A stretch of 63,873 nt of DNA, the filler included, from Octopus bimaculoides (lineage: Eukaryota): NCBI RefSeq assembly GCF_001194135.2. It is 7 parts of 6 records of this genome, joined end to end, with 100 filler letters (N's around TTAATTAATTAA, not from the genome) between each part and the next. Parts side by side here need not be neighbours in the genome. Positions count along the whole stretch, not along the records: positions 34,001 to 42,389 come from NC_068993.1; positions 42,490 to 57,858 come from NC_068996.1; 5 more parts are not named here. One strand, given 5' to 3'. The notes beneath the pieces were generated by a model, which was not told where the DNA came from, did not search any database, and saw nothing but the letters and a program-made list of their open reading frames with translations. How positions within the stretch are numbered: the stretch's first letter is position 1; every line of letters begins with the position of its first letter. A program made the position numbers and the translations under genes. Of this stretch, positions 36,466 through 49,506 are shown in pieces.

Positions 36466-37313
36466 TACATACATACATACATACATACATACATACATGC
36501 ATACATACATGCATATGCATACATGTATTCAGAAACACGTGAAGAGCTGGAGACCAGCAACCACAGCAATAACAAGAACACTGACGTTGATGGTAACAAC
36601 AACAACAGCAATGACAGCGATGCAGAGAAAGCGTAACGGATTAAAGGGCTGACACTGATCAAATCGAGGGATCAGTTGTAAATATCGATCGTCTGATTTC
36701 GGTTCGGAAGAACTTTGGTTTTTCTGCTGGAATTGAGATTGATTTCTTATGTAACCAGAAAAATCCAGGCGTATTTGGGAAAGGAAATAAGCTTGTGTGA
36801 CATTGATATCTTATTTCAGGAAGATAAGAAACATGTTGTAGCATTCTTTTACCCTTGTTTTTCTTCCTTTCGGTGCCAAGATATCTTTTCTATTTTTTTT
36901 TGTCATCTCTTTTTCGTTTTAACGGACATTTAGATTGATACCTTACCGTTCTATTAAATAACATTGACGCTGGCTTCCGGTTGGTTTGAGGTTTAGCGAG
37001 GAAAACTTTGCGAACGTGAAAATAAAATTTCTCTAGTGATGTAACACACTTATCAATTTGTGGTACAAACGGAGAGCAAAGAGCTATGACAGAATGCCAA
37101 ATTCCATCGCTGAAATTCTGAACTCTGCACTCTTTTCCTTCACACGACAGCAAAATTCGATGTAATCGCTTTAAAAAAATTGTCTCTTTTCTAAACGAAC
37201 ACCAGAAACATAGAATATTTTTAAATTCTCATTTCACCCACAACGAAATTTTGTTGACGAACGGAAACGTGAAACTCTGAGTAACAGATTTTGTGATGAT
37301 TTTGCAACTTCAG

Positions 37314-37364
<51 letters not shown>

Positions 37365-37369
37365 GCATA

Positions 37370-37655
37370 CATACAGTTCACATCCGGTGATTGTCACACG
37401 CTGATGACGGATCAATACCCAGAAACTCGGGTCCGTGTGTATCACATCAGGTTGGAGGTGGGAAGGATGGCTTCCCTTTGCAAATATTCATAGGGCACAG
37501 AAAGTGTGTCAATATCCAACTGGAAGGGGTGTTCTCCTGGGACTACAAGCTACAGTAGCATCCACCCTTAAGGGTTAGCCACATTTAAGTGGCAAATATA
37601 CTTCACGATGTCGTACAGCTACTGTTTATACCTCGTTCAGGGATTTATTATTGCT
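37370..37655 (+). mobile_element. Short (about 285 bp) HHR-led element between (TA)n tracts (retrozyme-like)
   Basis: Non-microsatellite block that starts with HH6 and is flanked by (TA)n on both sides. Confidence 0.55.
37387..37445 (+). ncRNA. Type I hammerhead motif HH6 (core intact, GUC site)
   Basis: GTGAT..CACACG-CTGATGA-CGGATCAATACCCA-GAAAC-TCGG-GTC-CGTGTG..ATCAC; 6-bp stem I plus 5-bp extension; stem II weakened. Confidence 0.8.
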
Positions 37656-38030
37656 TATATATATATATATATATATATCATTCGAAAACTTCAGGACTGT
37701 GACAAAGCGCATTGTGACCAGCGGTGTTTGATATCCGATACAGTGTTACTGTAAGGGCATGTATATCTGTGTGAATATGTGTTTATGTGATTGTTCCCCA
37801 CACACACACCATCACTTGAAAACCGGTTTTGGTTTGTTTACGTTCCTGTAACGTCGCGATTCGACACAAGTGTACGATAGAGTATTACCAGACTTATTTT
37901 TTTAAATAAGTACTGGAGTTGATTTTTTTCGATTAAACTCTTCAAGGCGGTGCCCCAGCATGGCCGCAGTCTAACGGTTCGCGTAAGTAAAACACAATCA
38001 GATCTTGCACATTAATACCTACGCGCGCAC

Positions 38031-38114
<84 letters not shown>

Positions 38115-38173
38115 GAGAGAAGAGAGAGAGAGAGAGAGNNNNNNNNNNNNNNNNNNNNNNNNNNNNNAGGGGG

Positions 38174-38204
<31 letters not shown>

Positions 38205-39445
38205 GAGAGAGAGAGAGAGATGTAGATAGGCAGATAGATAAATAGATATATATACTGTAAAGGTGTGAACGAAATACACTGAAAATACAGAACAAACGGA
38301 AAGACAGGAGAAAACTACTACTACTACTAGTAGTAGTAGTAGTAGTAGTAGTCGTTGTTGTTGTTGTTGTTGTTGTGTCGCTGTTGTAAAGCAAACAATA
38401 AGGAAACACAAAAAGAGAAAGATGGAAGAAGAATTGATAGAAACAGTTAAGATAAATTGGCACCGCTTGCTAATAATGATAAATGAAAGAAGCAGACGAT
38501 ACAATTTTTCTTGCTATTCCGTTTTATCAGCGATTTTCGAGCTAACTAACTGAATGAAATGTTATCAGAAGCCTAAATCATTATATATTGGACTCTTAGT
38601 GAAATGCTGAGGCGCCTCTATGTAACTTTACCAAAAACAAAACTCTACAAAATGTACGACGACTTTGCATTTAAAAAGATTGTCTGAACGCTAATGGAAA
38701 TTTCCTATTGTGTTTAGTTCTTTTTGTTTTGTTGTAGTTTTTGTTAACTGTTTTCATTTAATTTTCTTTTGTTTTTTCACTTTTAGATAATATTTATTGA
38801 AATAACATTTAAAATATTTATATTATTAGCTTCTTAGTTTTCAATTTTGTTCAACGGTAGAACGAAAGAAGATAGACAAAAAGGCGGATATATAAAGCGA
38901 TAGATAAATAGTAAGTTATAGCTTGAGAAGTATATACATACACGTATACACATATACATATATATACATACATACATGCACGCACACTCATACGCACGCA
39001 CGCACACTCACACACACTCATACACACACACTCACACACACGTATACACACACACTCACGCACACGTATACACACATACACACACAAACTATGCTACGAT
39101 TCTGATGAACTATCACCAGTCACAAAAAACAGTATCACCTTTCTATGAAATTTCCTTATTAACCTCTAATTTACATTCTACGAAGATCAATAAAAAAGTA
39201 TAGGAATCTGCAATGATACAGGTATGTAAAAGAAAGCAAATAGTGGGTCTGAGAATGAACGGAGACATTAAGGAGAGAGCGGAACATTAAAAAGAGACTA
39301 TATGTAACACAGTCATAGAACTTCCTTCCTCAGTTGTCAATCAGATAACGATATAATTCCGACAGCTTTTATATGTGTGTGTGTGTATATGTGTCATACA
39401 TGTATGTGTGTGTGTGTATACATGTATGAATGTACAGATATAGAC

Positions 39446-39512
<67 letters not shown>

Positions 39513-39994
39513 AATACTTTATGTATAATTTTATACTATAAAAAATCTTTCATACATGCACTTAAACAATAACCTCACAAAATGAATTCATTTTCCCGAC
39601 CCACCACTTTCATGCCAAAGCAAATTGAATCTATTATCTACAGCTATCGCTGTCCTTGGCTAATTTCTAATGTTACGTTAACGTGTTCTCTATGACTGTC
39701 ATCGTTTCATTTGCCAATTCATTTTTCATTCGCCATTGTTGTGGCTCTTTATATTTTTGAGATAGGTTTATTCGGTCATTTTTTTTTGTTTTTAATTGCT
39801 TATCTGCATATTGTTTCCTACTGGCATGCATGTTGGTGAGCACTTTGTATAGGCGCAAACATGATGGAGTGTCTTTGAAGTTCGCTTCGCATTCATGAAG
39901 TTTGGGATTCGATTCTACAGAGTGTAGTTTTGTACCAGTAACTTTTACAATAGCTTCAGTCTAGTATGTAAAAATTAGTAGACGGAAACTGCAG

Positions 39995-40230
39995 AGCTTA
40001 ATTACCACTTCGGGAACCCAGTTTCCACAAAAACTGCTCGCCGGGAGCTGCACAAAGCCGGATTTCACAGGAGGGCTACGATCAGAAAACCACTACTTTC
40101 AAAAAGAAATGTTGCAAAGCTTTTTTAGAGTGGAGTAAAACCCTACAGAATTGGTCCCTACAGCAATGGAAGGATGTTATTTTCTCGCACGAGCTATCCT
40201 TTACCTTATTTCCGACCACTGGCTGAGAAT
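39995..40230 (+). mobile_element. Tc1 transposase fragment
   Basis: NPVSTKTARRELHKAGFHRRATIRKPLLS..WSLQQWKDVIFSHELSFTLF (SDES motif degraded). Confidence 0.8.
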
Positions 40231-40639
40231 TCGTGTGGAGAGAGCCAAATAGAGCTTCTTACCAGACAGCCACTCCCGTGTCATATTTGTGAATATATAA
40301 GTGTGTATTGTGTATATACACTTCTCGTATATTCAGTATGTATGTCCATGTGTATATATTTTAATAAAAGCTCAAGTGTGTATTAATTGTGGGGGGTGGG
40401 GTGGGGGAATTGCGTGTTGTGTATATGGAAGTTTGTCTACATGGAGTCTGCATGAGTGGTTCTTTATGTATTAGAATGATAAGATACTTCTAGTTTCGAA
40501 ACAACGATGACAGTAAATTATGCAAATGTATCGGTGATGATTATGATTATGATGATGACGATGATGACGGCGACGACAACGAAAACGACGATGCCGATGA
40601 TGATGATGATGATGATGATGAGAAGGAGGAGGACGAGGA

Positions 40640-40800
40640 GGAAGGAGGAAGGAGAGGAGGAGGAAGGAGAGGAGGAGGAGGAAGGAGAGGAGGAGGAAGG
40701 AGAGGAGGAGGAAGGAGAGGAGGAGGAAGGAGAGGAGGAGGAAGGAGAGGAGGAGGAAGGAGAGGAGGAGGAAGGAGAGGAGGAGGAAGGAGAGGAGGAG
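40640..40800. repeat. Pure polypurine 15-mer minisatellite (GGAGAGGAGGAGGAA)n
   Basis: About ten near-perfect units with no pyrimidines. Confidence 0.9.
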
Positions 40801-41051
40801 GACACAGAAGAGTGGGGAGTGGAAAAGAAAGGATGATGACGAAGAAAACGATGACGTATTAATATGTATTTATAAAGCTTACGTTTAACGATACTGGTAT
40901 CATAGCTATGCGGCACACACGCACACACACACACACACACACACAGGTGCACATACACACCCACACGCACTCAGGTAAACACGAACATATATTTATGTGT
41001 CTGATTGTGTGTGTGTGTGTGTAGATATAAGAGAGATATACACATATATAT

Positions 41052-41084
<33 letters not shown>

Positions 41085-41706
41085 AACACACGCATATATA
41101 TAATGCATGCATATATATGCAATATATGTATACATGCATATATGTATATATATNNNNNNNNNNNNNNNNNNNNNNNNNNNNNNNNNNNNNNNNNNNNNNN
41201 NNNNNNNNNNNNNNNNNNNNNNNNNNNNNNNNNNNNNNNNNNNNNNNNNNNNNNNNNNNNNNNNNNNNNNNNNNNNNNNNNNNNNNNNNNNNNNNNNNNN
41301 NNNNNNNNNNNNNNNNNNNNNNNNNNNNNNNNNNNNNNNNNNNNNNNNNNNNNNNNNNNNNNNNNNNNNNNNNNNNNNNNNNNNNNNNNNNNNNNNNNNN
41401 NNNNNNNNNNNNNNNNNNNNNNNNNNNNNNNNNNNNNNNNNNNNNNNNNNNNNNNNNNNNNNNNNNNNNNNNNNNNNNNNNNNNNNNNNNNNNNNNNNNN
41501 NNNNNNNNNNNNNNNNNNNNNNNNNNNNNNNNNNNNNNNNNNNNNNNNNNNNTATATATGCATATATATGTTTATACATATATGCTTATACATATATACA
41601 TGTATGTATATGTGTATATATATATGTATATGTATATATGTATATATATATGTGTGTGTTTGTATATGTGTATATATATGCATATGTATATCTATGTATA
41701 TCTATG

Positions 41707-41759
<53 letters not shown>

Positions 41760-42518
41760 TAGATGTGTCGTTTACGATGTGTACATATATTATGAATGGA
41801 TATGCACACACATATATACATGTATATGTATGTGCACATGCGTATGCATGTGTGAATATACATGAATACACACGCACACACACACACATATGTATGTATA
41901 TATTCATACACAGTACTCAGTATTCACATACGTATGCGTGTATGCACTGAATGCTTATTTCTATGCATGTGTGAGTATGTATCTGCGTGTGTGTGTTTGT
42001 GGATTGTGTGAGCGTGAATAGAAAGACGTGTGTATAACGTAACGAAGCTTATCAATGGGAGAATGCCTTCTTGGATATTTCTTCCTTGTTATTATAATCT
42101 CTTATACCGATTAGAAGATTAAAAATACGACCACAGCAACAGCAGCAACTGCACCAACAACAGCAGCAACAAATACGACATATAAACGAGACATCCATCG
42201 AAGGGAAAACAGCCTATACATACATACATATGTATATATATATATATAAATACTCACACACACACACATATGTATATATATAAAAATATGTATATATATA
42301 AAAATATGTATATATGTATATGTAGGTATATAGGTATATGTATGTATATGTATATATATATATGTATATAGATAAATAGATATATATATNNNNNNNNNNN
42401 NNNNNNNNNNNNNNNNNNNNNNNNNNNNNNNNNTTAATTAATTAANNNNNNNNNNNNNNNNNNNNNNNNNNNNNNNNNNNNNNNNNNNNTTTAAGCTTAT
42501 AAAATATTATTGTTTATA

Positions 42519-42555
<37 letters not shown>

Positions 42556-42556
<1 letters not shown>

Positions 42557-42921
42557 CCACTACACTCTGAGTCACCCACTACACTCTGAGTGGTTGGCGT
42601 TAGAAAGGGCATCCAGCTGTAAAAACTCTGCCAAATCAGATTGGAGCCTGGTGTAGCCATCCGGTTTCACCAGTCCTCAGTCAAATCGTCCAACCCATGC
42701 TAGCATGGAAAGCGNNNNNNNNNNTCCTCAGTCAAATCGTCCAACCCATGCTAGCATGGAAAGCGGACGTTAAATGATGATGATGATGATGATGATGTGG
42801 CTGTGTGGTAAGAAGCTTGCTTCCCAACCACATGGTTCAGGTTTCAGTCCCACTGTGTGGTGCCTTGGGCTGACCAAAGCCTTGTGAGTGGATTTGATAG
42901 ACAGTAACTGAAAGAAGCCTG

Positions 42922-42971
<50 letters not shown>

Positions 42972-43142
42972 NNNNNNNNNNACCGATGTTGGTGTGTTTA
43001 CGTCCCCCGTAACTTAGTGGTTTGGCAAAAGAGACCGATAGAATAAGTACCAGGCTTACAAAGAATAAGTCCAGTGGTTGATTTCTTCGACTAAAAGGTG
43101 GTGCTCCAGCATGGCCACAGTCAAATGACTGAAACACGTAAA
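42556..43142 (+). mobile_element. SINE family 2 3' part followed directly by SINE family 1
   Basis: RTE-type tail with (GAT)n running into GTGGCTGTGTGGTAAGAAGC; tail duplicated around a 10-N gap. Confidence 0.8.
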
Positions 43143-44295
43143 AAAAAAAAAGAATATATATATATATATATGAGAAGTTGAGAATCACATTATGTTCCAA
43201 CTTGTTCTTTTCTGAGACAGTAGTGTATGATGCAATGAAGGTATTTTTGCTTTGCTGCTATTTCTAACGGGTGGAATGATCATGTAGAGACTCCATTAAT
43301 GATTGGAGTAATGATGCAGACGTAGTAATCAGTGAATTAATTAATTGATTAATTAATTAATTAATAAAAGAGTTCTCACTGGTTGGGATAGGTAAAGTGG
43401 GCTATGACACTTGTCTGAATTAACGAAAAAAAAATATATATATAAAGGGGCAACAGAAAATTCTGTGTGCTCTTTCACATCTGCACCTGGGGTAAGGTGA
43501 GATGGGGTGGTGGTGGTGGGAGTGAGGTGGAACTACTCTCTTCACCCCCCCCCACTCCCAACAACCACTTGCTACATCACAGATAGTGGCAGTAGTAGTA
43601 GTGCCTCAGATAGTAGTAGTCTGCAGTTGTTGTTTTTGTTTTTGTTTAACCCTAGGTCATCTCTGACTGAGCAGACCTATGATCAGAGACATTCTAGTCA
43701 TGACCATATTTACATTTTTATTCTTATTTTTAATTTATTTATATTTTTCCAGGCATCGCCATGTCCTGGGTTGCATTAATTTAATGTTGTCCTTTAAGAC
43801 TGTAGAAAGTGGTTTCAGAGAGATTTGGCTGCTATTTCTAACAGTGGAACATCCATGTAGAAGCTCCCTTTGTGGGTTTACCTTGATATTAGTTTAATTT
43901 CACATTAGTGTCTTTGGCATGTATGTATGTATGTATGTATGTATGTATGTATGTATGTATGTATGTGTGTGTTTTTTTTTGGGGGTGGGGTGGCATACAT
44001 GCTGTAATCTTTTTTGTGAAAGATTTTACATTATATGTCTTAATGTGCGTGCGTGTGTGTGTGTGTTTTGTCTGTTTTAAGTTGAATATTTAACTTGCAA
44101 TTTTAGTTTCACAGTGGCAATTTTCAGCTTTATTCTAAAGATTGTAGCAATGTGAATCTCAAGTCACGGGATGCATATTTATTTCAAATAGACTTCGTTC
44201 TCTACCACAATCATTGAGTACACCGCTTTTTAATTTACTTGGCATACATCAATATTTGGACTATATACATAATGTACAACATGCAGATGTATTAA

Positions 44296-44720
44296 TCATC
44301 ATCATCATCATTTAACGTCCGCCTTCCATGCTAGCATGGGTTGGACGATTTGACTGAGGACTGGCGAACAAGATGGCTGCACCAGGCTCCAATCTGATTT
44401 GGCAGAGTTTCTACAGCTGGATGCCCTTCCTAACGCCAACCACTCAGAGAGTGTAGTGTGTGCTTTTATGTGCCACCGGCATGAATGCCAGTCAGGCAGT
44501 ACTGACAACGGCCACGCTCGAAATGGTGTATTTTACGTGCCACCTGCACAAGAGCCAGTCCAGGGGCACTGGCAACGACCTCGCTCGAATGTTTTTTTTT
44601 CATGTGCCACTAGCACAAGTGCCAGTAAGGCAACGCTGGTAATGATCACACTCAAATGGTGCTATTTATGTGCCACTGGCACAGAAGCCAGACAGCTGCT
44701 CTGGCAATGATCACGCTCGT
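44296..44720 (-). mobile_element. SINE family 2
   Basis: CATCATCATTTAACGTCCGCCTTCCATGCTAGCATGGG... with repeated GTGCCACT/GGCAC modules. Confidence 0.87.
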
Positions 44721-45307
44721 GTGTATGTATACTATATATATGTGTATGTATGTCTATTATGTGTATACATATATACAGCGTGTCCACAAAGTCTGGGTAC
44801 GCTGAGTAAATAAAATCATAACATAAACAATTAAATATAAGAAATGATGTACTATTAAAGCCTATTATCTTCCATGCTCCTCTTATATTATTCATGTGTT
44901 AATCTTATGCATAGAGGAGTTCTACATGTGTATCCAACCCTGGAAAATATTCCACTGTAGAATGACATGTGGTAACCAAATAATGTCATAAGAGCTCTTG
45001 AATGCATGTTACAAGGTTTTTAACCGAATTATAATAAACACACATATATATTATATGTGTGTATACATATATATATTACCTATATGTGTGTGTAAATTTA
45101 TAATTCTTTAACAAGAATAGTGTTGACTGACTTTGAAATCTATTTCATTATATACATTTTATATGAGAGGGTCTCTCAAGGGAAATACCATAGTATTCAT
45201 TGTTCTAATAAAACATTCCCATTCAGTAGGATATAAAGAATGCCTTTCTGCATTTATACTGCTTCCATTGCTGAAGTATATTATCGTTGTTATTATTATT
45301 ATTATTA

Positions 45308-45510
45308 AGCCGATGAGCTGGCAGAATTAGTTGCACGTTGGGCAAAATGCTTAGCAGTATTTAGCCTGTCACTACATTCTGAGTTCAAATTCTGTGGAGG
45401 TCAACTTTGGCTTTCATCCTTTGGGGATCAATTAAATAAGTACCAGTTATGCACTGAAATTGATGTAATCGACTTAATTCCTTTCCCCAAGCTACCCTTG
45501 TGGCAAAAAT
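45308..45510 (+). mobile_element. tRNA-derived SINE family 3
   Basis: GAGCTGGCAGAAT..GAGTTCAAATTC..GTCAACTTTG; copies at 45650-46205 (split), 48062-48295 and 51775-51990. Confidence 0.8.
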
Positions 45511-45515
45511 TTGAG

Positions 45516-45554
<39 letters not shown>

Positions 45555-45732
45555 TGTTTTAAAGCCTTCGTATCATTGTTTTGTCATTTCATATTGTTTT
45601 TATGTAAGCCCTCATGGACAATGAAAGAATTATTATCATTATTATTAAGGTATCAAACTGGCAGAAACCATTAGCAAAATGATTAACAGCGTTTCATCTG
45701 TTCTTGCATTCTGATTTTGAATTCCACTAAGG

Positions 45733-46066
45733 TAGACGGGCTCTGAAAGGGGTCTCGGGGAGTAGCGTCCCTGCTTTCCTGAGCTAGTTTTCCACCACAT
45801 TTATTAAAAATTGTGGTAGAGGCCTTGGTTTCGGGGACCACTCACATCTAGAAATTGAGGTTGGGGGTAAGCAAGGGCATGCTCCCCGTAGAAAATCCAG
45901 CTCCAAAAAAACCTCATGATAGCAAAGGAGATTGGGCACTAGCCAGCCAGTCCAAAGATTGGGGTGGGTTGCACCAGCCTACCTTGGTTGCTATGGCATT
46001 GAGGTAGATCCAGCCACCCCAGTTAAGGGGGGCAAAACCCGGATTTAAAACACTGGATAATGATGA
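45733..46066 (+). mobile_element. 334-bp retroposon (TGA tail) inserted into a family 3 SINE
   Basis: TAAGG at 45728-45732 and 46067-46071 as TSD; the SINE3 sequence resumes after it. Confidence 0.75.
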
Positions 46067-46202
46067 TAAGGCCAACTTTGCATCTCATCCTTTTGGGGTT
46101 GATGACATTACCAGCCAAGCATTGGTGGTAGGGGGGAGGGTTAATGTAATCTATTGCCCCCCCCCCCAATTTCAGGCCTTGTGTCTATCTATAATAGAAA
46201 GG

Positions 46203-46234
<32 letters not shown>

Positions 46235-46368
46235 GAGTAATGTTAGTAGTTACTTGGAAGTTTATTACATATGTTGTATAATAAACTGTATGTATGTATA
46301 CACACACACACAAACACACATATCTATATTTATATATATTTGTTATTCTTTGACAAGAATTGTGTTGA

Positions 46369-46411
46369 CAGTGACTTCAAAGTTTCAGCCTGCTTAGCCT
46401 TCATCAGACTG
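46369..46411 (-). ncRNA. Minimal type I hammerhead motif HH7 (core intact, GUC) within an 89-bp palindrome
   Basis: Minus strand CAGT-CTGATGA-AGGCTAAGCAGGCT-GAAAC-TTTGAA-GTC-ACTG; degenerate mirror copy on + at 46409-46451. Confidence 0.8.
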
Positions 46412-47585
46412 AATGCTAAGCAGTTCAGAATTTTCGAAGTCACTGTCAACATTATTTTTGTTAAACCATAATGAATATGTACTCTACCATTTGTATTGAG
46501 TAATCTTCAGTTTAACGTAATATTGTTCTTATTATAACATAAAAACAAACATATTTACATTTATATATAGTGATAAGGAGAGAGAGAGAGAAAGAGAAAC
46601 ATTCTTGAATTTACAAACAAACAAAAAAAAAAAAGGGATCCAAGCCAAATTTATTGAGCTTTTTATTATGTGTACTGAAGTCATTCTCTATTACTACTCA
46701 ATCTTGTATAGTAGCAATATACACACATATAACCAAACGCACACACATACATGCATGTATGCAGACACAGGCACACACACACACACACATACATATTTGT
46801 GTTTGTGTGTCCGTGCGCATGTGTTATGATGATGAAGAATGACACATCTCTCGTTACCTATAAATTATTCCTCCTATTCTCTCCTCTACATACTACTCCC
46901 ACTCCGTTTCCCCTCCCCCACAGTCGTTCCCTTCCCTTTCATCTCTCTCTGCCTTATTCAGGAATTCCATTCATGAGACATAGCGTTATTTATATATCTG
47001 CCAAGATGATACACAGATATATGTTGGATCATTCTTCTAACCATCTTCCTCTCATTGGCTTCAATCACTCTTTTCTATATCTTATTGATTTTGATGTATA
47101 TTTGTTTTTTTTGTTTTTTTTTTTTTATCTGATTTTATTTTAAGAATAATACAAGAAGAAACTTCTACTTTGGCCTGACGGTGCCATGTGAATGGAATTT
47201 TGTTATTTCCATGGTTTTGATTTTAATTATGTTAGCATCATTGTATTGCCAAAAACAATTTTTTTAATTTTTGTTTAAGGGTTTTTATTTTTCTGTCTAG
47301 AGGAAGGAACTGCACTCCATGGCATTAGCAGGCAGTTAGAAATTGGTGAAATTCATTCAGTCAACCCTTTAGCATTTAAATCAAATATTCTGCTTGTTTT
47401 ATATTCAAACTGGCCAGATCCAGCCTTTCGCGCCTACTCTACAATGTCATTCTAAAAACATGATGTGACATACTAAACCAGTGAAAAAAAAATCAAAAGA
47501 ATTCTATTGGCCATATCATCTTATTTGGCCAAACCTCTCCTTCAAACATTGATGTAAAATTTCCTACCTTAATTTCCTTAATTAA

Positions 47586-47990
47586 TCATCGTTTAACGTC
47601 TGCACTCCATGCTGGTATGGGTTGGACAGTTTGACATGGAACTCGTTAGCAGGGAGCTCCCCAAGTCACAGCTGTCTGATTCGGCATGGTTTTCTATGGC
47701 TGGATGCCCTTCCTAATGCCAACCACTTAGCAGAGTGTATTGGGTGCTTTTTATGTGACACCATTATGGGTGTGTTTATGCAGCGCCAGCAAGTGTGCAT
47801 TAACACGGCACCAGCATGGGTGCTTTTCAAGTGGCGCCAACACCTTGAAAGGTCAAACCTGTATGTGTGGAAGATAGCATTTTTACTTAGCTTGACATGT
47901 CTTATCAAATAAAAAAAATCTCCACATCTCCCTTGTCCCTTGTCATTTTCTCAGTCAGGCCCAGCATATGAAGATCCGTTCTCACTACTT
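47586..47990 (-). mobile_element. RTE 3' end / SINE family 2-type tail
   Basis: TCATCGTTTAACGTC..CATGCTGGTATGGGTTGGAC..GGATGCCCTTCCTAATGCCAACC. Confidence 0.8.
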
Positions 47991-48393
47991 TGTCCCACGT
48001 TTTCCTGGGTTTACCCCTTCCACATTTAGAGCTCAGCACTTCTTTATGCAGCTGTCCTCAAGGTGGGGACTTGGCAGAATCGTTATCAGGTTGGACAAAA
48101 ACACTTAGTGACATTTCGTCCATCTTGGACATGAGTTCAAATTCTGCTGAGGTCAACTTTGCCTTTCATCTTTTTTTTTTTTTGTTGGGGGGATCGATAA
48201 ATTAAGTACCAGTGATACACTCGGATTGATGTAATCGACTTACCACCTTGTTCATACTTGTTGGCCTAATGCCAAAATTTGAAACCAATATTTGTTTCTT
48301 GTTTTAAAGGATCCCCCCTCCTCCTCCTCCTCCTCTTCTTCCTCCTCCACTTCTTCCTCCTCTTCCTCCTCCTCCTCCTCTTCTTCCTCCTCC

Positions 48394-48425
<32 letters not shown>

Positions 48426-48659
48426 ACCTTCCTCCTCCTCTTCCTCCTCTTCCGCCTCCTCCTCCCTCATGTTTACATGATTCAGGCAGTTTATCAGCAG
48501 ATTTTTTACAATTAGATGCTCTTCATGTCACCAACCCCTACCTTTTTTCATGCAATGTAATATCTCACCCACTTATTATGGGTAGACTGGAAACAAACAA
48601 CCGCCCTTGTTTGATGCTGCTGCTCATTTACAATTATCCTGTAATGTCTAAACAAGAAT

Positions 48660-48718
<59 letters not shown>

Positions 48719-48723
<5 letters not shown>

Positions 48724-49058
48724 TGTCTAAGTACCAATCTTGAGAAATTGGGCTTCTTAAAACCAGAAAGGTGAAAGCTGATTTGGAGACTACAGATCCA
48801 AACCATCAGTGGAACTGTAAAAATCTGTAAAACTTTTCTGAAGTTTATCATTTAAGTATATATGCGCATGTCTATACATGCAACTATCATATACAAAACA
48901 TATAAATATGCACATGCACTGACTGCACACATACATACATACATGCAAAAATACCCTGTTGATGTTGGTGAAATTTCAATGAAGGAGCCTTGGATCTAAG
49001 TTAGAAACCAGCTCTTTCTTTATTGGCAAGAGATCTTGAAATAGTATTGAATAATGAC
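48719..49058 (+). mobile_element. Second, short copy of the R4/Dong-like 3' end
   Basis: Aligns with 28506-28866 and ends GAATAATGAC; 5' junction lies in (CA)n. Confidence 0.82.
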
Positions 49059-49127
49059 ACCAGCATGGGTGTATATGTACATACGTGTATACATCATCAT
49101 CATCATATGCATACATATATATGTATG

Positions 49128-49169
<42 letters not shown>

Positions 49170-49506
49170 ATGTGTTTCTTTCAGTATCCATTCTCAGGGC
49201 TATAACAGAAGACACTTGGCCACGGTGTCATATACTGGGACTGAACTCAAGGCCCCATAGTTGGGAAGCAAGCTACTTAAACACACAGCCACCCCTTCAC
49301 CTATAAGGATTAGTCTCATCAAACTGTCAATCACATTATTAAGGCTTCTTCTGTTTCTGAGTCCTAGCAAATTTTTAGCATATTTCCTCTTTTGAATTAC
49401 GTTATTCTTTCCTTTAATTGATTACATGTCAATTAATTCCGCTTCTTGATTACAAGTACGTGATTGACACAGTCTAATTAGTGTTGGTTATCTGAAATAT
49501 ACATAT

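Noticed and set aside
40507-40836. Poly-M/R/E ORF; similar poly-E at 48252-48470 and poly-H/P at 51326-51801
   Set aside because: Simple-repeat read-through with no unique domain or splice context
43336-43365. TTAATTAA run as another linker
   Set aside because: No flanking Ns; natural (TAAT)n tract
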